This document shows positions 18,960-28,840 of a stretch of DNA of 64,000 nucleotides, in pieces; position 1 is the first letter of the stretch, and each line of letters begins with the position of its first letter. This stretch comes from Gammaproteobacteria bacterium. GTDB lineage: Bacteria > Pseudomonadota > Gammaproteobacteria > GCA-002705445 > GCA-002716945. The stretch is from assembly GCA_018670435.1 (NCBI GenBank), contig JABHRC010000039.1, positions 2,964 to 66,963 of the forward strand, written 5' to 3'. The notes under the pieces are model-generated. The model saw only the letters and a list, made by a program, of their open reading frames with translations, did no database searches and was not told the DNA's origin. The translations under genes and the position numbers were made by a program.

Positions 18960-19412
18960 ATGTTTAAAGGCATTCACAATATTAATTTGGACGCAAAAGG
19001 TAGATTAACTATACCGACTAAGTATAGAAACACTATTAGTGATCAGTCGAATGGCAATATGGTTGTTACGATTGACTCGGAAGAAAAGTGTTTGCTTCTA
19101 TATCCGGCGACAGTTTTCTCTAATATTGAAAAGAAAATCAATGATTTACCAAGCTTTACCAAAAACCATAGAAGAATACAGCGTTTGATAATAGGGCACG
19201 CAGAAGACTTAGAATTAGATTCTAGTGGAAGAATACTTTTATCCAAACCTCTCAGAATAGTAGCCGAGATGTCAAAAAAAATTACCCTTATAGGGCAAGG
19301 CGATAAATTTGAAATATGGAGTGATGATATCTGGAGCAATAGAGTTAATAAGTGGAGGTCTGAAGAAACGGATGAATCAAGTGAGTCTGTTTTATCGGAC
19401 ATAAGAATTTAA
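18960..19412 (+). CDS. mraZ: Transcriptional regulator MraZ.
   Basis: MFKGIHNINLDAKGRLTIPTKYR is the MraZ N-terminus. 150 aa. First gene of the dcw cluster. Confidence 0.9.
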   Translation: MFKGIHNINLDAKGRLTIPTKYRNTISDQSNGNMVVTIDSEEKCLLLYPATVFSNIEKKINDLPSFTKNHRRIQRLIIGHAEDLELDSSGRILLSKPLRIVAEMSKKITLIGQGDKFEIWSDDIWSNRVNKWRSEETDESSESVLSDIRI

Positions 19413-19609
19413 TGAAATTAGATAGATATTATAGAACTTTAGGTGTAACTGGGACTGAAGATGCCAAGGTCATTAAAAGAGCATTTATGAGGGTTGCTCA
19501 AAAATGTCATCCTGACAAGAATCCAGGTGACATGAGATCAACTGAAAAATTTATAGATGCCAGAAATGCATACGAATATATTATGAAATATAAAAAAGGT
19601 ATCAGATAA
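19412..19609 (+). CDS. Stand-alone J-domain mini-protein (65 aa, DnaJ-like with HPD motif).
   Basis: ...IKRAFMRVAQKCHPDKNPGD... shows the helix II/III J-domain pattern with an HPD tripeptide. The start overlaps the mraZ stop (ATGA) and the stop overlaps the rsmH start (TAATG). Confidence 0.65.
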   Translation: MKLDRYYRTLGVTGTEDAKVIKRAFMRVAQKCHPDKNPGDMRSTEKFIDARNAYEYIMKYKKGIR

Positions 19610-20553
19610 TGGTTGTATCAAAACACATACCAGTAATGCTTGATCAGTGTATTGAATCCCTTGCAATCTTGCCTAGTGGAACATATATTGATGCAACATT
19701 TGGTTTTGGTGGCCATTCAAAGGAAATCTTAGATTCTTTAGATAGCAAAGGTCGGCTGTATGCGGTTGATAAGGATACTTATGCAGTCAGTATGGCCAGA
19801 GAAGATATTGCAAGCGACAAAAGATTTACCCTTAAACATGGATGTTTTTCAGATTTAGAAGATTATTCAAAGGAATGGGGTATACATGGGTCAATTAATG
19901 GAATTCTATTTGATTTAGGTGTTTCATCTCATCACCTTGATGAAGCTAGTAGAGGTTTTAGTTTCAATAAGAATGGACCTATAGATATGAGATTTGATCA
20001 GTCATGCGGTATTTCAGCTTGTGAGTGGCTAGAAACTGTTGATGAACAAACTTTGTCATATGTTATTTGGAAATATGGCGATGAAAGATATTCAAGACGA
20101 ATTGCTAGAGCAATAGTTTATCAGAGAGATAAGGAAAGAATTTCAGATACAGATCATTTAGCCAAAATAATAGATAAAGCAATGCCTAGAAATGAAAAAC
20201 ATAAGCATAATGCTACCAGAACGTTCCAAGCAATAAGAATATTTATTAATAAAGAATTAGAGGTCTTAAAAGATGTGCTTAGTAATAGCTATAATATCCT
20301 AGCGCCTAAAGGACGATTAGTTCTTCTAACATATCATTCTTTAGAAGATAGGGTTATAAAAGATTTTCTTGCAGTAACAGATGAGAATATTTCTACCCCA
20401 AGAAATTTACCAATCAAAAGCGAATTTTTAAAAAAGATGTTTAACATAGTTTCAAAATCTATTAAACCTAGTAAAGATGAGGTTAGTTCAAACCCAAGAT
20501 CTAGATCTGCTAAATTAAATATACTGGAAAAAGCTAATGAGGATTATGTCTAA
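19609..20553 (+). CDS. rsmH: 16S rRNA (cytosine1402-N4)-methyltransferase.
   Basis: MraW family. Has the DATFGFGGHS and FDLGVSS motifs. 314 aa. Confidence 0.92.
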   Translation: MVVSKHIPVMLDQCIESLAILPSGTYIDATFGFGGHSKEILDSLDSKGRLYAVDKDTYAVSMAREDIASDKRFTLKHGCFSDLEDYSKEWGIHGSINGILFDLGVSSHHLDEASRGFSFNKNGPIDMRFDQSCGISACEWLETVDEQTLSYVIWKYGDERYSRRIARAIVYQRDKERISDTDHLAKIIDKAMPRNEKHKHNATRTFQAIRIFINKELEVLKDVLSNSYNILAPKGRLVLLTYHSLEDRVIKDFLAVTDENISTPRNLPIKSEFLKKMFNIVSKSIKPSKDEVSSNPRSRSAKLNILEKANEDYV

Positions 20554-20806
20554 TTTATTAATATTATTTTTCATTACAATATCAGCATTTACTGTTGTTT
20601 ATTTAAAACATAAAAATAGAACTATGAACATTAATATCGAAAAAACTGAAAAAAAATTAGCATTTGAACTAAATGAACATAAGAGATTGTTAGATATTAA
20701 AGCGAAATTAATAAATCAGAAATTAGTTAATATTGATATTGAACAAAGTCTTGGAATGGAAATTCCATCGAAAAAGAAAATAATTTATTTAGATTTGGTT
20801 GAATAA
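20537..20806 (+). CDS. ftsL: Cell division protein FtsL.
   Basis: 89 aa with an N-terminal transmembrane helix and a coiled-coil region. Its position after rsmH matches the dcw order. Confidence 0.6.
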   Translation: MRIMSNLLILFFITISAFTVVYLKHKNRTMNINIEKTEKKLAFELNEHKRLLDIKAKLINQKLVNIDIEQSLGMEIPSKKKIIYLDLVE

Positions 20807-20820
20807 ACCGGAGGTGTAGT

Positions 20821-21975
20821 ATGTTTGAGTTAGTAAACGAGTATAATCAGAATGCTGTGATTAAGGTGATTGGTGTTGGTGGAGGCGGCGGTAACGCTGT
20901 TATGTCAATGCTTGAGTCTAAGATTCATGGCGCAGAATTCATTTTAGCAAATACAGACTCTCAAGCGTTGAGAGATGTCAAAGGCGCAACAATGATACAA
21001 ATAGGATCAGAAATCACTAAAGGTCTTGGCGCAGGAGCAGACCCAGAAAAAGGAAGACAGGCCGCCTTGGAAGCAAAAGAAGAATTAGCTTCTGCTATCG
21101 AAGGTACAGATATGTTATTTATTGCTGCAGGCATGGGTGGTGGCACTGGTACTGGGGCTGCATCAGTCATTGCTCAGATTGCAAGAGATGCAGGTGTATT
21201 AACAGTAGCTGTTGTAACAAAACCATATGAGTTTGAAGGAGCAAAAAGAATGTTACATGCTGATCAAGGTATAGAAGCACTAAGTGAATGGGTTGATTCA
21301 TTGATTGTAATACCTAATGAAAAATTATCAGAGGTATATGGAGGAGAAAATTCTATATTTTCATCTTTTGATAATGCAAATGAAGTTTTAAAAGGTGCTG
21401 TTAAAGGTATCGCTGAAATTATAACAATTAGAGGATTCATCAATGTTGATTTTGCAGATGTTAAGACTGTAATGTCAGGCAGAGGGAAAGCAATGATGGG
21501 TTCTGGTTGTGCAACTGGTGATAACCGAGCAGAAGAGGCTGTTCAAGGCGCATTAAATAGTCCGCTATTAGATAATATAGACTTGCATGGAGCGAGTGGT
21601 GTATTAGTTAATATCACAGCAGGTGCAAACTTAACATCTAATGAGTTCGGTATAATAGGCGAACGAGTTAAAGAAATTGCAAATGAAGATGCAACCGTAA
21701 TAGTAGGTTGTATAAAAGAAGAGGATAGTCTGGGAGAGTTAAGAGTAACTTTGATAGCAACAGGTTTTGAAGAAACTGCTGAAAGTCAGATTAAAGACAA
21801 TATTCCTCAGAGTCAAGCAAGTCCATTATCATCAAATGAGACAATGGCAACAGTTAATGTTTCTCCTCAATCACCATCTAGTTATAATAGTAATATAACT
21901 AGCAATGTAATTGTGGATAAAGGTGAAATTGACAATGTTGATATACCTGCTTTCTTAAGGCAACAAGCTGACTAG
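20821..21975 (+). CDS. ftsZ: Cell division GTPase FtsZ.
   Basis: Carries the GVGGGGGNAV and GGGTGTG tubulin signatures and the C-terminal DIPAFLRQQAD peptide. 384 aa. Its position in the cluster is unusual (see findings). Confidence 0.95.
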   Translation: MFELVNEYNQNAVIKVIGVGGGGGNAVMSMLESKIHGAEFILANTDSQALRDVKGATMIQIGSEITKGLGAGADPEKGRQAALEAKEELASAIEGTDMLFIAAGMGGGTGTGAASVIAQIARDAGVLTVAVVTKPYEFEGAKRMLHADQGIEALSEWVDSLIVIPNEKLSEVYGGENSIFSSFDNANEVLKGAVKGIAEIITIRGFINVDFADVKTVMSGRGKAMMGSGCATGDNRAEEAVQGALNSPLLDNIDLHGASGVLVNITAGANLTSNEFGIIGERVKEIANEDATVIVGCIKEEDSLGELRVTLIATGFEETAESQIKDNIPQSQASPLSSNETMATVNVSPQSPSSYNSNITSNVIVDKGEIDNVDIPAFLRQQAD

Positions 21976-22099
21976 TAAAAATAACAGCTTAAAAAAATAT
22001 ATATGGAGACAATATTTTATATTATTTATTGTCTCCATAGTTCTTCTTCTGATTACCGCAAGAATTATTTTATTACAAGGCTTTAATACAGATTGTTTC

Positions 22100-23689
22100 T
22101 TGTTCAATCAGTCTGCCTGTAAAGCTAATCTAAGCAATGTGGCAGACAAACGTCAAATTGATCATAAAATAATAAGAACTTATAGAGGTATGATTTATGA
22201 TAGAAATGGTGAAATCTTAGCAATGAGCTTACCAAAAAAAACATTATGTATTAATGTTTTTGAGGTTAAAAAAATGTTAGAAATAGAAAATATTGACTAT
22301 ACTCAATTATTAAAGTTAACTGGTATCTCTAAAAAAAAATTTTCAAAAATACTAAAGAAACAGTCTAATAAAAAAGAATATTACTTGAAAAGAAAAATTA
22401 ATGATAGTCTTGCATCTAAAATCACAAAGCTAAATTTACCATATATTTATTTTATAGACGAATACCATCGTGTATATCTTGGTGGGTCATACTTTTCAAA
22501 TATAATTGGATTTACAGACATTGATGATAATGGGCAGTCAGGTATTGAGTATGCAAAAAATAAAGAATTAAGCTCTACTCCTGGAATTAAAAAAGTTAGA
22601 AAGGATAATCTTGGACGTTCTGTCGAACTAATAGAGTTAGTTAAAAAACCAATTTCTGGACAGAATATATATCTATCATTGGATAAGAGAGTGCAGTTGA
22701 TTGGCTATAATATTTTGAAAGATCATGTCAAAAAGAGTAGAGCAGATAGTGCATCTCTTGTTCTTGTAAAAAATACAACTGGGGAAATAATTTCTATGGT
22801 TAATTATCCATCATTTAATCCTAAAAATCGAAATGAAATGACCGGGCAAAATATAAGAAATAAATCAGCAACATATATATTCGAACCTGGCTCAACTATG
22901 AAACCTTTTGCTGTATACACCGCCTTAGAAACAAAATCTATTACTTATGATTATATGATTGATACATCCTTGGAAGAAATGCAATTAATGAATAAGCCTC
23001 TGAAAGATTATAAAGATTTAGGTGTCTTGAATTTAGAGGGAATTATACAAAAGTCTAGTAATATTGGTGCTGCAACAATATCTAGAAAAACTGAAAAAGA
23101 AGATATATATAATACCTTAAAGGACCTAGACTTTGGCAATAGTTTGTATATTGATTGGCCAGGTATGCAGGATGGAAATTTACATCATTATAGTAAATGG
23201 TCTAATGATGAGCATGCCTCTATTAGTTTTGGGTATGGAATATCTTCAACATTATTACATTTGGCTAATGCTTATGTAACTCTAGCAAATTATGGGAAAA
23301 AAATTCAGTTAACATATGAAAAGAAAAATAAGGATAATATTTATTATGATGAAGTTCTGAATGATCAAATTTCTAAAGATATAATTAACATGATGAAGTC
23401 TGTAGTAGAAATAGGTGGAACAGGTAACAAAGCTAAGTTAGAAAAATATTCTGTTGCAGGTAAAACTGGTACATCAAGAATCATAGACAATGGTAGATAT
23501 AGTACTAATAAACATAATGCAATCTTTGTAGGAATCGTCCCAGCATCCAAGCCAGAGTATGTGGCTGCTATCATAGTTCGTAATCCTAAAAAAGGTAATG
23601 CATCAGGAGGAAAACAAGCAGCCCCCATATTCAAAGAACTCATGAGCCATTCTTTAAATATATTAAAAGTTTATCCTGATGTTAAATAG
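22100..23689 (+). CDS. ftsI: Peptidoglycan D,D-transpeptidase FtsI (PBP3). The ORF-track start is TTG at 22100. The true N-terminus, with the WR motif and the TM anchor, is encoded upstream from about 21959 in the same frame, but has no canonical start codon.
   Basis: Has the transpeptidase motifs STMKP, SSN and KTGT. The upstream in-frame translation ...LKKYIWRQYFILFIVSIVLLLITARIILLQ matches the FtsI cytoplasmic/TM N-terminus. Confidence 0.88.
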   Translation: MFNQSACKANLSNVADKRQIDHKIIRTYRGMIYDRNGEILAMSLPKKTLCINVFEVKKMLEIENIDYTQLLKLTGISKKKFSKILKKQSNKKEYYLKRKINDSLASKITKLNLPYIYFIDEYHRVYLGGSYFSNIIGFTDIDDNGQSGIEYAKNKELSSTPGIKKVRKDNLGRSVELIELVKKPISGQNIYLSLDKRVQLIGYNILKDHVKKSRADSASLVLVKNTTGEIISMVNYPSFNPKNRNEMTGQNIRNKSATYIFEPGSTMKPFAVYTALETKSITYDYMIDTSLEEMQLMNKPLKDYKDLGVLNLEGIIQKSSNIGAATISRKTEKEDIYNTLKDLDFGNSLYIDWPGMQDGNLHHYSKWSNDEHASISFGYGISSTLLHLANAYVTLANYGKKIQLTYEKKNKDNIYYDEVLNDQISKDIINMMKSVVEIGGTGNKAKLEKYSVAGKTGTSRIIDNGRYSTNKHNAIFVGIVPASKPEYVAAIIVRNPKKGNASGGKQAAPIFKELMSHSLNILKVYPDVK

Positions 23690-23692
23690 AGT

Positions 23693-25099
23693 ATGAATAG
23701 AGATATTAATAAAATAATTAATTTTACAAAAAGTATAAATTCTAGAATTATAGATATGAGAAAAGTATATTCTTTTAGTAGTCAAGATATATGTAAGAAT
23801 AAAATTCTAGTGCTTAACATAAAATCAAAAAGGAATATATATAGATATATAAATGAAGCGATAGATAAAGGCATCATTGGTCTAATTGTAACAGTACCTA
23901 TCAATGAAGATAGATTAATAAAAAATATCCCTGTCTTACATACAAATTACCTAAAGGATAATTTGAATATTTTTCTTGATTATTTATACGAGAGTCCATT
24001 AAAAAGTAAAAAAGTGATTGGAGTAACAGGAACAGATGGTAAGACATCAACATGTCATCTTATTGCTGAGTGTTTGACAGCATTAGGCAAAAGAGTTGGT
24101 ATTATTTCTACCGAAGGTAATGGAGTTTATCCAAGGCTTAAGCAAAGTAAATACACAACCCCAAGGAGCGACATTCTCTATGAAGAATTTAGTATTTTCA
24201 GAGATAAAAATGTAGACACAGTTATCATAGAATGTTCCTCGCAAGGTTTAGATCAAGGTAGATTAAATAACATTATTTTTACTTATTCAGTAATAACAAA
24301 TATACATAAAGATCATATTGAATATCATAAGACATTTAAGAATTATGTGGAATCTAAAATTAAACTACTGAATATGACAAAGAAACATTTTTTTATAAAT
24401 GAAGATTGTAAGGACACTATATCGAATTATAGTAATATAAAGCAATCTAAAATTATAGTTTATGGAAAGTATTTGGATGCTGGAAAAATAAATGACTTAG
24501 TTAAACCATCAAATATATCTAAAGATTTAATTATACAAACTAACCGTGCCTTACTATATAAATATCTATTAAATGAAGATCAGTCTCTGAAAACTATCAG
24601 AGGTATTTTAAATAAAAAATTTAAAGCAATTAAAGGACGTATGAATTATTTTAGTGATAAAAGAAATAGTGCGACATATATAATAGATTATGCGCATACC
24701 GAACAAGCTTTAGACCTAGTTTTGAAATATGCAAAAGTAAAATCTGGAAAATCAGTCTTAATAACTTTATTTGGTTGTGGTGGTAACCGTGATAAGGGTA
24801 AAAGATCAAGAATGGGTATTATTGCAAAAAAATATTCTGATAAAATTATCCTGACAGATGACAACCCTAGAAATGAGGACTCAATGAATATAATCAATGA
24901 TATTCATAAGAAAATAAAGGACAAATCTAATATCTATATTATACCAAATAGAAAGAAAGCTATTAAAAAAGCATTTTCTATGTCTAAAAAAGATCATATT
25001 GTTGTTTTAGCAGGAAAGGGTAATGAGGATTATATTGTTTATAAAGATAAAAGTATAAGTCATAATGATATAAAGTATTTAAAAAAATTAATAAAATGA
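23693..25099 (+). CDS. murE: UDP-N-acetylmuramoyl-L-alanyl-D-glutamate--2,6-diaminopimelate ligase.
   Basis: Mur ligase with GVTGTDGKTST and the DNPR motif. Confidence 0.88.
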   Translation: MNRDINKIINFTKSINSRIIDMRKVYSFSSQDICKNKILVLNIKSKRNIYRYINEAIDKGIIGLIVTVPINEDRLIKNIPVLHTNYLKDNLNIFLDYLYESPLKSKKVIGVTGTDGKTSTCHLIAECLTALGKRVGIISTEGNGVYPRLKQSKYTTPRSDILYEEFSIFRDKNVDTVIIECSSQGLDQGRLNNIIFTYSVITNIHKDHIEYHKTFKNYVESKIKLLNMTKKHFFINEDCKDTISNYSNIKQSKIIVYGKYLDAGKINDLVKPSNISKDLIIQTNRALLYKYLLNEDQSLKTIRGILNKKFKAIKGRMNYFSDKRNSATYIIDYAHTEQALDLVLKYAKVKSGKSVLITLFGCGGNRDKGKRSRMGIIAKKYSDKIILTDDNPRNEDSMNIINDIHKKIKDKSNIYIIPNRKKAIKKAFSMSKKDHIVVLAGKGNEDYIVYKDKSISHNDIKYLKKLIK

Positions 25100-26436
25100 A
25101 TCTATCAATATTAGAATTAGAAGCAATTTTAAAATCAAAAGCTATTAATGTGGATAGCTTAATATCTATTAGTGGAGTTTCTATTGATTCTAGGACAATT
25201 AGTAAAAATGAATTATTTATTGCTATTAAGGGTAACAATCATGATGGGTTTTCATTTATTAATGATGCCATTATAAACGGTGCAGCACTAATTATCTCTG
25301 AAAAAAAATTAATTGATCATCCATATATTCTTGTGAGTGATACGACTAATGCCTTGGCTCAGATTGCTAAATTTTATGCAAACAAAATTCATCCGATTAC
25401 AATAGGAATCACAGGTACAAATGGAAAAACTTCAGTAACTAACATGACTTCTTCAATTCTTAAATCATGCATGAAAACTTTAAGTACATATAAAAATTAT
25501 AACAATGAAATAGGTTTACCTTTATCAATACTAAATGCAGTCGAGGAGGATGAAGTTTTCGTATTAGAAATGGGTGCTAGTAAGGTTGGTGATATACAAC
25601 AATTAATAGAAATTGCCAGACCAACTATAGTGGCATTACTAAATGTTTCTCCAGCACATTTAGACAGTTTTGGGAATTTAGAAAATATCATTAGAACCAA
25701 GGAAGAAATATTATCATACCAAGGATATCCTAAAACAGTAATTTTAGATAAAAATAATGATAACTTTGAAAGATGGTCTCTAAAATCCACAAAAAATAAA
25801 ATTATAAAAATATCCGTCGATCAGCCTGCTGATTATTATATTCTAAGTTCTAATGGGCATAATATATGTGTTAAAACACCTTATTTCGATATTAATGATC
25901 TACATGTGACAAATCTAGAACCTTATTATTTAAATAATATTTTATTTTCAATAGCACTTGCATGTGAGGCAGGTGCTGAGTCAAAAGATGTCCTTGAAGG
26001 ATTAAATGACTTTGAAGATATAGATGGTAGATTTGGTATTAAGAAAGGACTGCATGGTTCAAAAATCATAGATAGTTCTTATAATGCCAATCCTCAGTCT
26101 TTCCTATCATCAATTAACTCACTTATAAGACTAGACAAAGAACCATGGCTTATCATGGGAGAAATGGGTGAATTAGGTGAATATTCTGAGCTATATCATA
26201 AGCAAGTAGCTAAACATGCATATGATATGGGTGTTAAAAAACTATTTGTTATAAGTAAGTATTCTAAATCAATCCTTGATGAATTTGGCGACAACTCTTA
26301 TAGCTTTAACTCAATTGAGACGTTGATAGATTATATAAAGCCACAGCTCAATGATAATGTTAATATCTTAGTAAAAGCATCACGTTTTATGAAATTTGAC
26401 ATTATTGTAGATGCATTACTAGAAGGAAAATATTAA
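25096..26436 (+). CDS. murF: UDP-N-acetylmuramoyl-tripeptide--D-alanyl-D-alanine ligase.
   Basis: Mur ligase with GITGTNGKTS. Lies between murE and mraY. Confidence 0.88.
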   Translation: MNLSILELEAILKSKAINVDSLISISGVSIDSRTISKNELFIAIKGNNHDGFSFINDAIINGAALIISEKKLIDHPYILVSDTTNALAQIAKFYANKIHPITIGITGTNGKTSVTNMTSSILKSCMKTLSTYKNYNNEIGLPLSILNAVEEDEVFVLEMGASKVGDIQQLIEIARPTIVALLNVSPAHLDSFGNLENIIRTKEEILSYQGYPKTVILDKNNDNFERWSLKSTKNKIIKISVDQPADYYILSSNGHNICVKTPYFDINDLHVTNLEPYYLNNILFSIALACEAGAESKDVLEGLNDFEDIDGRFGIKKGLHGSKIIDSSYNANPQSFLSSINSLIRLDKEPWLIMGEMGELGEYSELYHKQVAKHAYDMGVKKLFVISKYSKSILDEFGDNSYSFNSIETLIDYIKPQLNDNVNILVKASRFMKFDIIVDALLEGKY

Positions 26437-26445
26437 TATCTATAT

Positions 26446-27531
26446 ATGTTATATTATCTATTTGATTATTTAGCCCAATTTAATTCTGGCTTTGACGTTT
26501 TTCATTATCTCACATTGCGGATTATATTGTCTGCTTTAACCGCGCTAGTACTTTCTTTAATGCTCGGACCAATTATTATTAATTATCTCAATAATAAAAA
26601 GCTATATCAAAGCATTAGAGAGGATGGCCCCAAGTCACATATTACAAATAAATCTCAAACACCATCTATGGGTGGTCTTATAATAATTATCTCAATTATT
26701 TTAAGCACATTGCTTTGGTCCGATATCTTTAATAAAAATATTTGGATATTAGCATTTATATTAATATCATTTGGCATGGTAGGATTTTATGATGACTATC
26801 AAAAATTCATTCATTCATCTAGTGACGGCATAAGTGGAAAGAAAAAATTAGCACTACAGATTATTATAGCGGCTTTAGTAGCCTATTTTATATTTATTAA
26901 TTCAGTTAATTCAATTGAGTTAGAGCTGATGCTTCCTTTTCTTAAAAATTTTTCTTTATATCTAGGTGTATTATTTATACCTTGGTCAATATTAGTTATA
27001 ATTGGATCTAGTAATGCAGTTAATTTAACTGATGGATTAGATGGGCTTGCTATCTTGCCATGTATACTGATAGCTGCAGCCTTTGTATTATTTGCTTATG
27101 TTGAAGGTAACTTTAATATCTCTAATTATCTCTTAATTCCGTACATTCCTGGCGTATCTGAAATTGCAATATTCTCTAGTACTATTGTAGGCGCAGGGCT
27201 TGGTTTCCTCTGGTATAACTCTTATCCAGCTGAAATATTTATGGGAGATGTAGGGTCTTTGTCTTTAGGTGCTGTTTTAGCAACAATTGCAATTCTTCTA
27301 AGACTGGAGATTGTATACGCTATTATGGGTGGTGTTTTTGTTGTTGAGGCTCTGTCAGTAATGGTTCAGGTAACATCTTATAAGATGTTTGGTAAAAGAG
27401 TCTTTAAAATGTCCCCAATTCACCATCATTTTGAATTAAAGGGTTGGCCCGAACCAAAAATCATCGTTCGTTTTTGGATTATAACTTTTGTATTAGTTCT
27501 TATAGCACTAGCATCATTAAAAATTAGATAA
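26446..27531 (+). CDS. mraY: Phospho-N-acetylmuramoyl-pentapeptide transferase.
   Basis: Polytopic membrane protein with the NAVNLTDGLDGLA and MGDVGS motifs. Confidence 0.95.
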   Translation: MLYYLFDYLAQFNSGFDVFHYLTLRIILSALTALVLSLMLGPIIINYLNNKKLYQSIREDGPKSHITNKSQTPSMGGLIIIISIILSTLLWSDIFNKNIWILAFILISFGMVGFYDDYQKFIHSSSDGISGKKKLALQIIIAALVAYFIFINSVNSIELELMLPFLKNFSLYLGVLFIPWSILVIIGSSNAVNLTDGLDGLAILPCILIAAAFVLFAYVEGNFNISNYLLIPYIPGVSEIAIFSSTIVGAGLGFLWYNSYPAEIFMGDVGSLSLGAVLATIAILLRLEIVYAIMGGVFVVEALSVMVQVTSYKMFGKRVFKMSPIHHHFELKGWPEPKIIVRFWIITFVLVLIALASLKIR

Positions 27532-27532
27532 G

Positions 27533-28840
27533 ATGTTAAATAAAAAATTAATACTAGGTATTGGCATCTCTGGAATGTCATGCATAGAATTTTTTAATAA
27601 AAATAACATAACTTATAAGGTTTTTGATACAAGAGATAAAAATTATTTCAATGATTATAACTTTCAAAATACTAGTATAAAATCTTTTTATTTTGGAGAG
27701 TACCCTGATAATTTACTAGATGATATTGACGAGGTCATTATTAGTCCTGGTTTAAATAAGAACCATAAAATATTCTCAGATATTGAGAGCAATAAAATTA
27801 ATATTATTACAGATATTGATATTTTCAAAAGATATTGTAAGAGTAAAATAATATCTATTACAGGAACTAATGGAAAGACAACTGTTGTAACGATGTTAGA
27901 ACATGCCTTAAAAGCAATAGGTTATAAAGCTGTGGCATGTGGAAATAATGGAATCCCTCCGCTCACTATTATAGATAATACTTATGATTATGTCATATTA
28001 GAACTATCTAGTTATCAACTTGATTATATGTCAGACTTTAATTCATTTATCAGTATGATCACTAACATAGATCACGATCATCTAGACAGACATGAAAATA
28101 TGGAAAGCTATTCACTTATAAAACTTTCAATATTTGATGATTCTTTTTTTAGACTAGCTACTAATTCAATAAAAGAACTAATAGATGATGTTAAGCAGAT
28201 TAAATATTATGGCCTATGTGATAATGGAAGCTTGATAATTAATGGTCATGTAGTTGAAGGATTATATCGTGATGAAACCACAATATATTATAGAGAAAAC
28301 AATCTAAAATATAGAGGAAAGCATAACCTTAATAATATTTTGAGTGTAATTTCAGTATTAGATATAATAAATATTGAAATTAAAACTGCTTTAAGTTCTT
28401 TGGAAAACTATAATTATTTACCTCATCGATTAGAGCTAATTGATTCAACAAATAATATAAATTGGTATAATGATTCTAAATCAACGAACTGTGCATCTAC
28501 TAAAGCTGCCTTAGAATGTATTAATAAGAAGATTATTTTAATACTTGGTGGCTCTAAGAAAGAAATGTATTATGAATCTTTAAGCCCTCTTATCAATGAA
28601 AAAGTCAAACTGGTAATATTTATTGGTGAGAATAAGGAATATATAAAATCACAGCTGAAAGTAAATATACAGATGATTAATGCTAATAGTATAGAGTCAG
28701 CTGTGGAACTATCAAAGTTACACTCTTCAGATAATGATAATATTTTATTATCACCAGCTAGCCCAAGTTTTGATATGTTTGAAAACTATGAAGAAAGGGG
28801 GGCTGCATTTGTTTTAGCAGTTCAAAATATTGTTAAGTGA
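27533..28840 (+). CDS. murD: UDP-N-acetylmuramoylalanine--D-glutamate ligase.
   Basis: Mur ligase with ITGTNGKTT. Lies between mraY and ftsW. Confidence 0.9.
   Translation: MLNKKLILGIGISGMSCIEFFNKNNITYKVFDTRDKNYFNDYNFQNTSIKSFYFGEYPDNLLDDIDEVIISPGLNKNHKIFSDIESNKINIITDIDIFKRYCKSKIISITGTNGKTTVVTMLEHALKAIGYKAVACGNNGIPPLTIIDNTYDYVILELSSYQLDYMSDFNSFISMITNIDHDHLDRHENMESYSLIKLSIFDDSFFRLATNSIKELIDDVKQIKYYGLCDNGSLIINGHVVEGLYRDETTIYYRENNLKYRGKHNLNNILSVISVLDIINIEIKTALSSLENYNYLPHRLELIDSTNNINWYNDSKSTNCASTKAALECINKKIILILGGSKKEMYYESLSPLINEKVKLVIFIGENKEYIKSQLKVNIQMINANSIESAVELSKLHSSDNDNILLSPASPSFDMFENYEERGAAFVLAVQNIVK

Noticed and set aside
18392-18960. A long non-coding gap, considered as a possible missing CDS or mobile-element remnant.
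   Set aside because: It is explained by the RNase P RNA gene (18437..18771) plus an AT-rich promoter region for the dcw cluster.
22003-22086. ATG at 22003 as the ftsI start.
   Set aside because: It is in the +1 frame relative to the conserved FtsI WR/TM segment and the downstream ORF. Its own frame ends after 27 codons (stop at 22084-22086).
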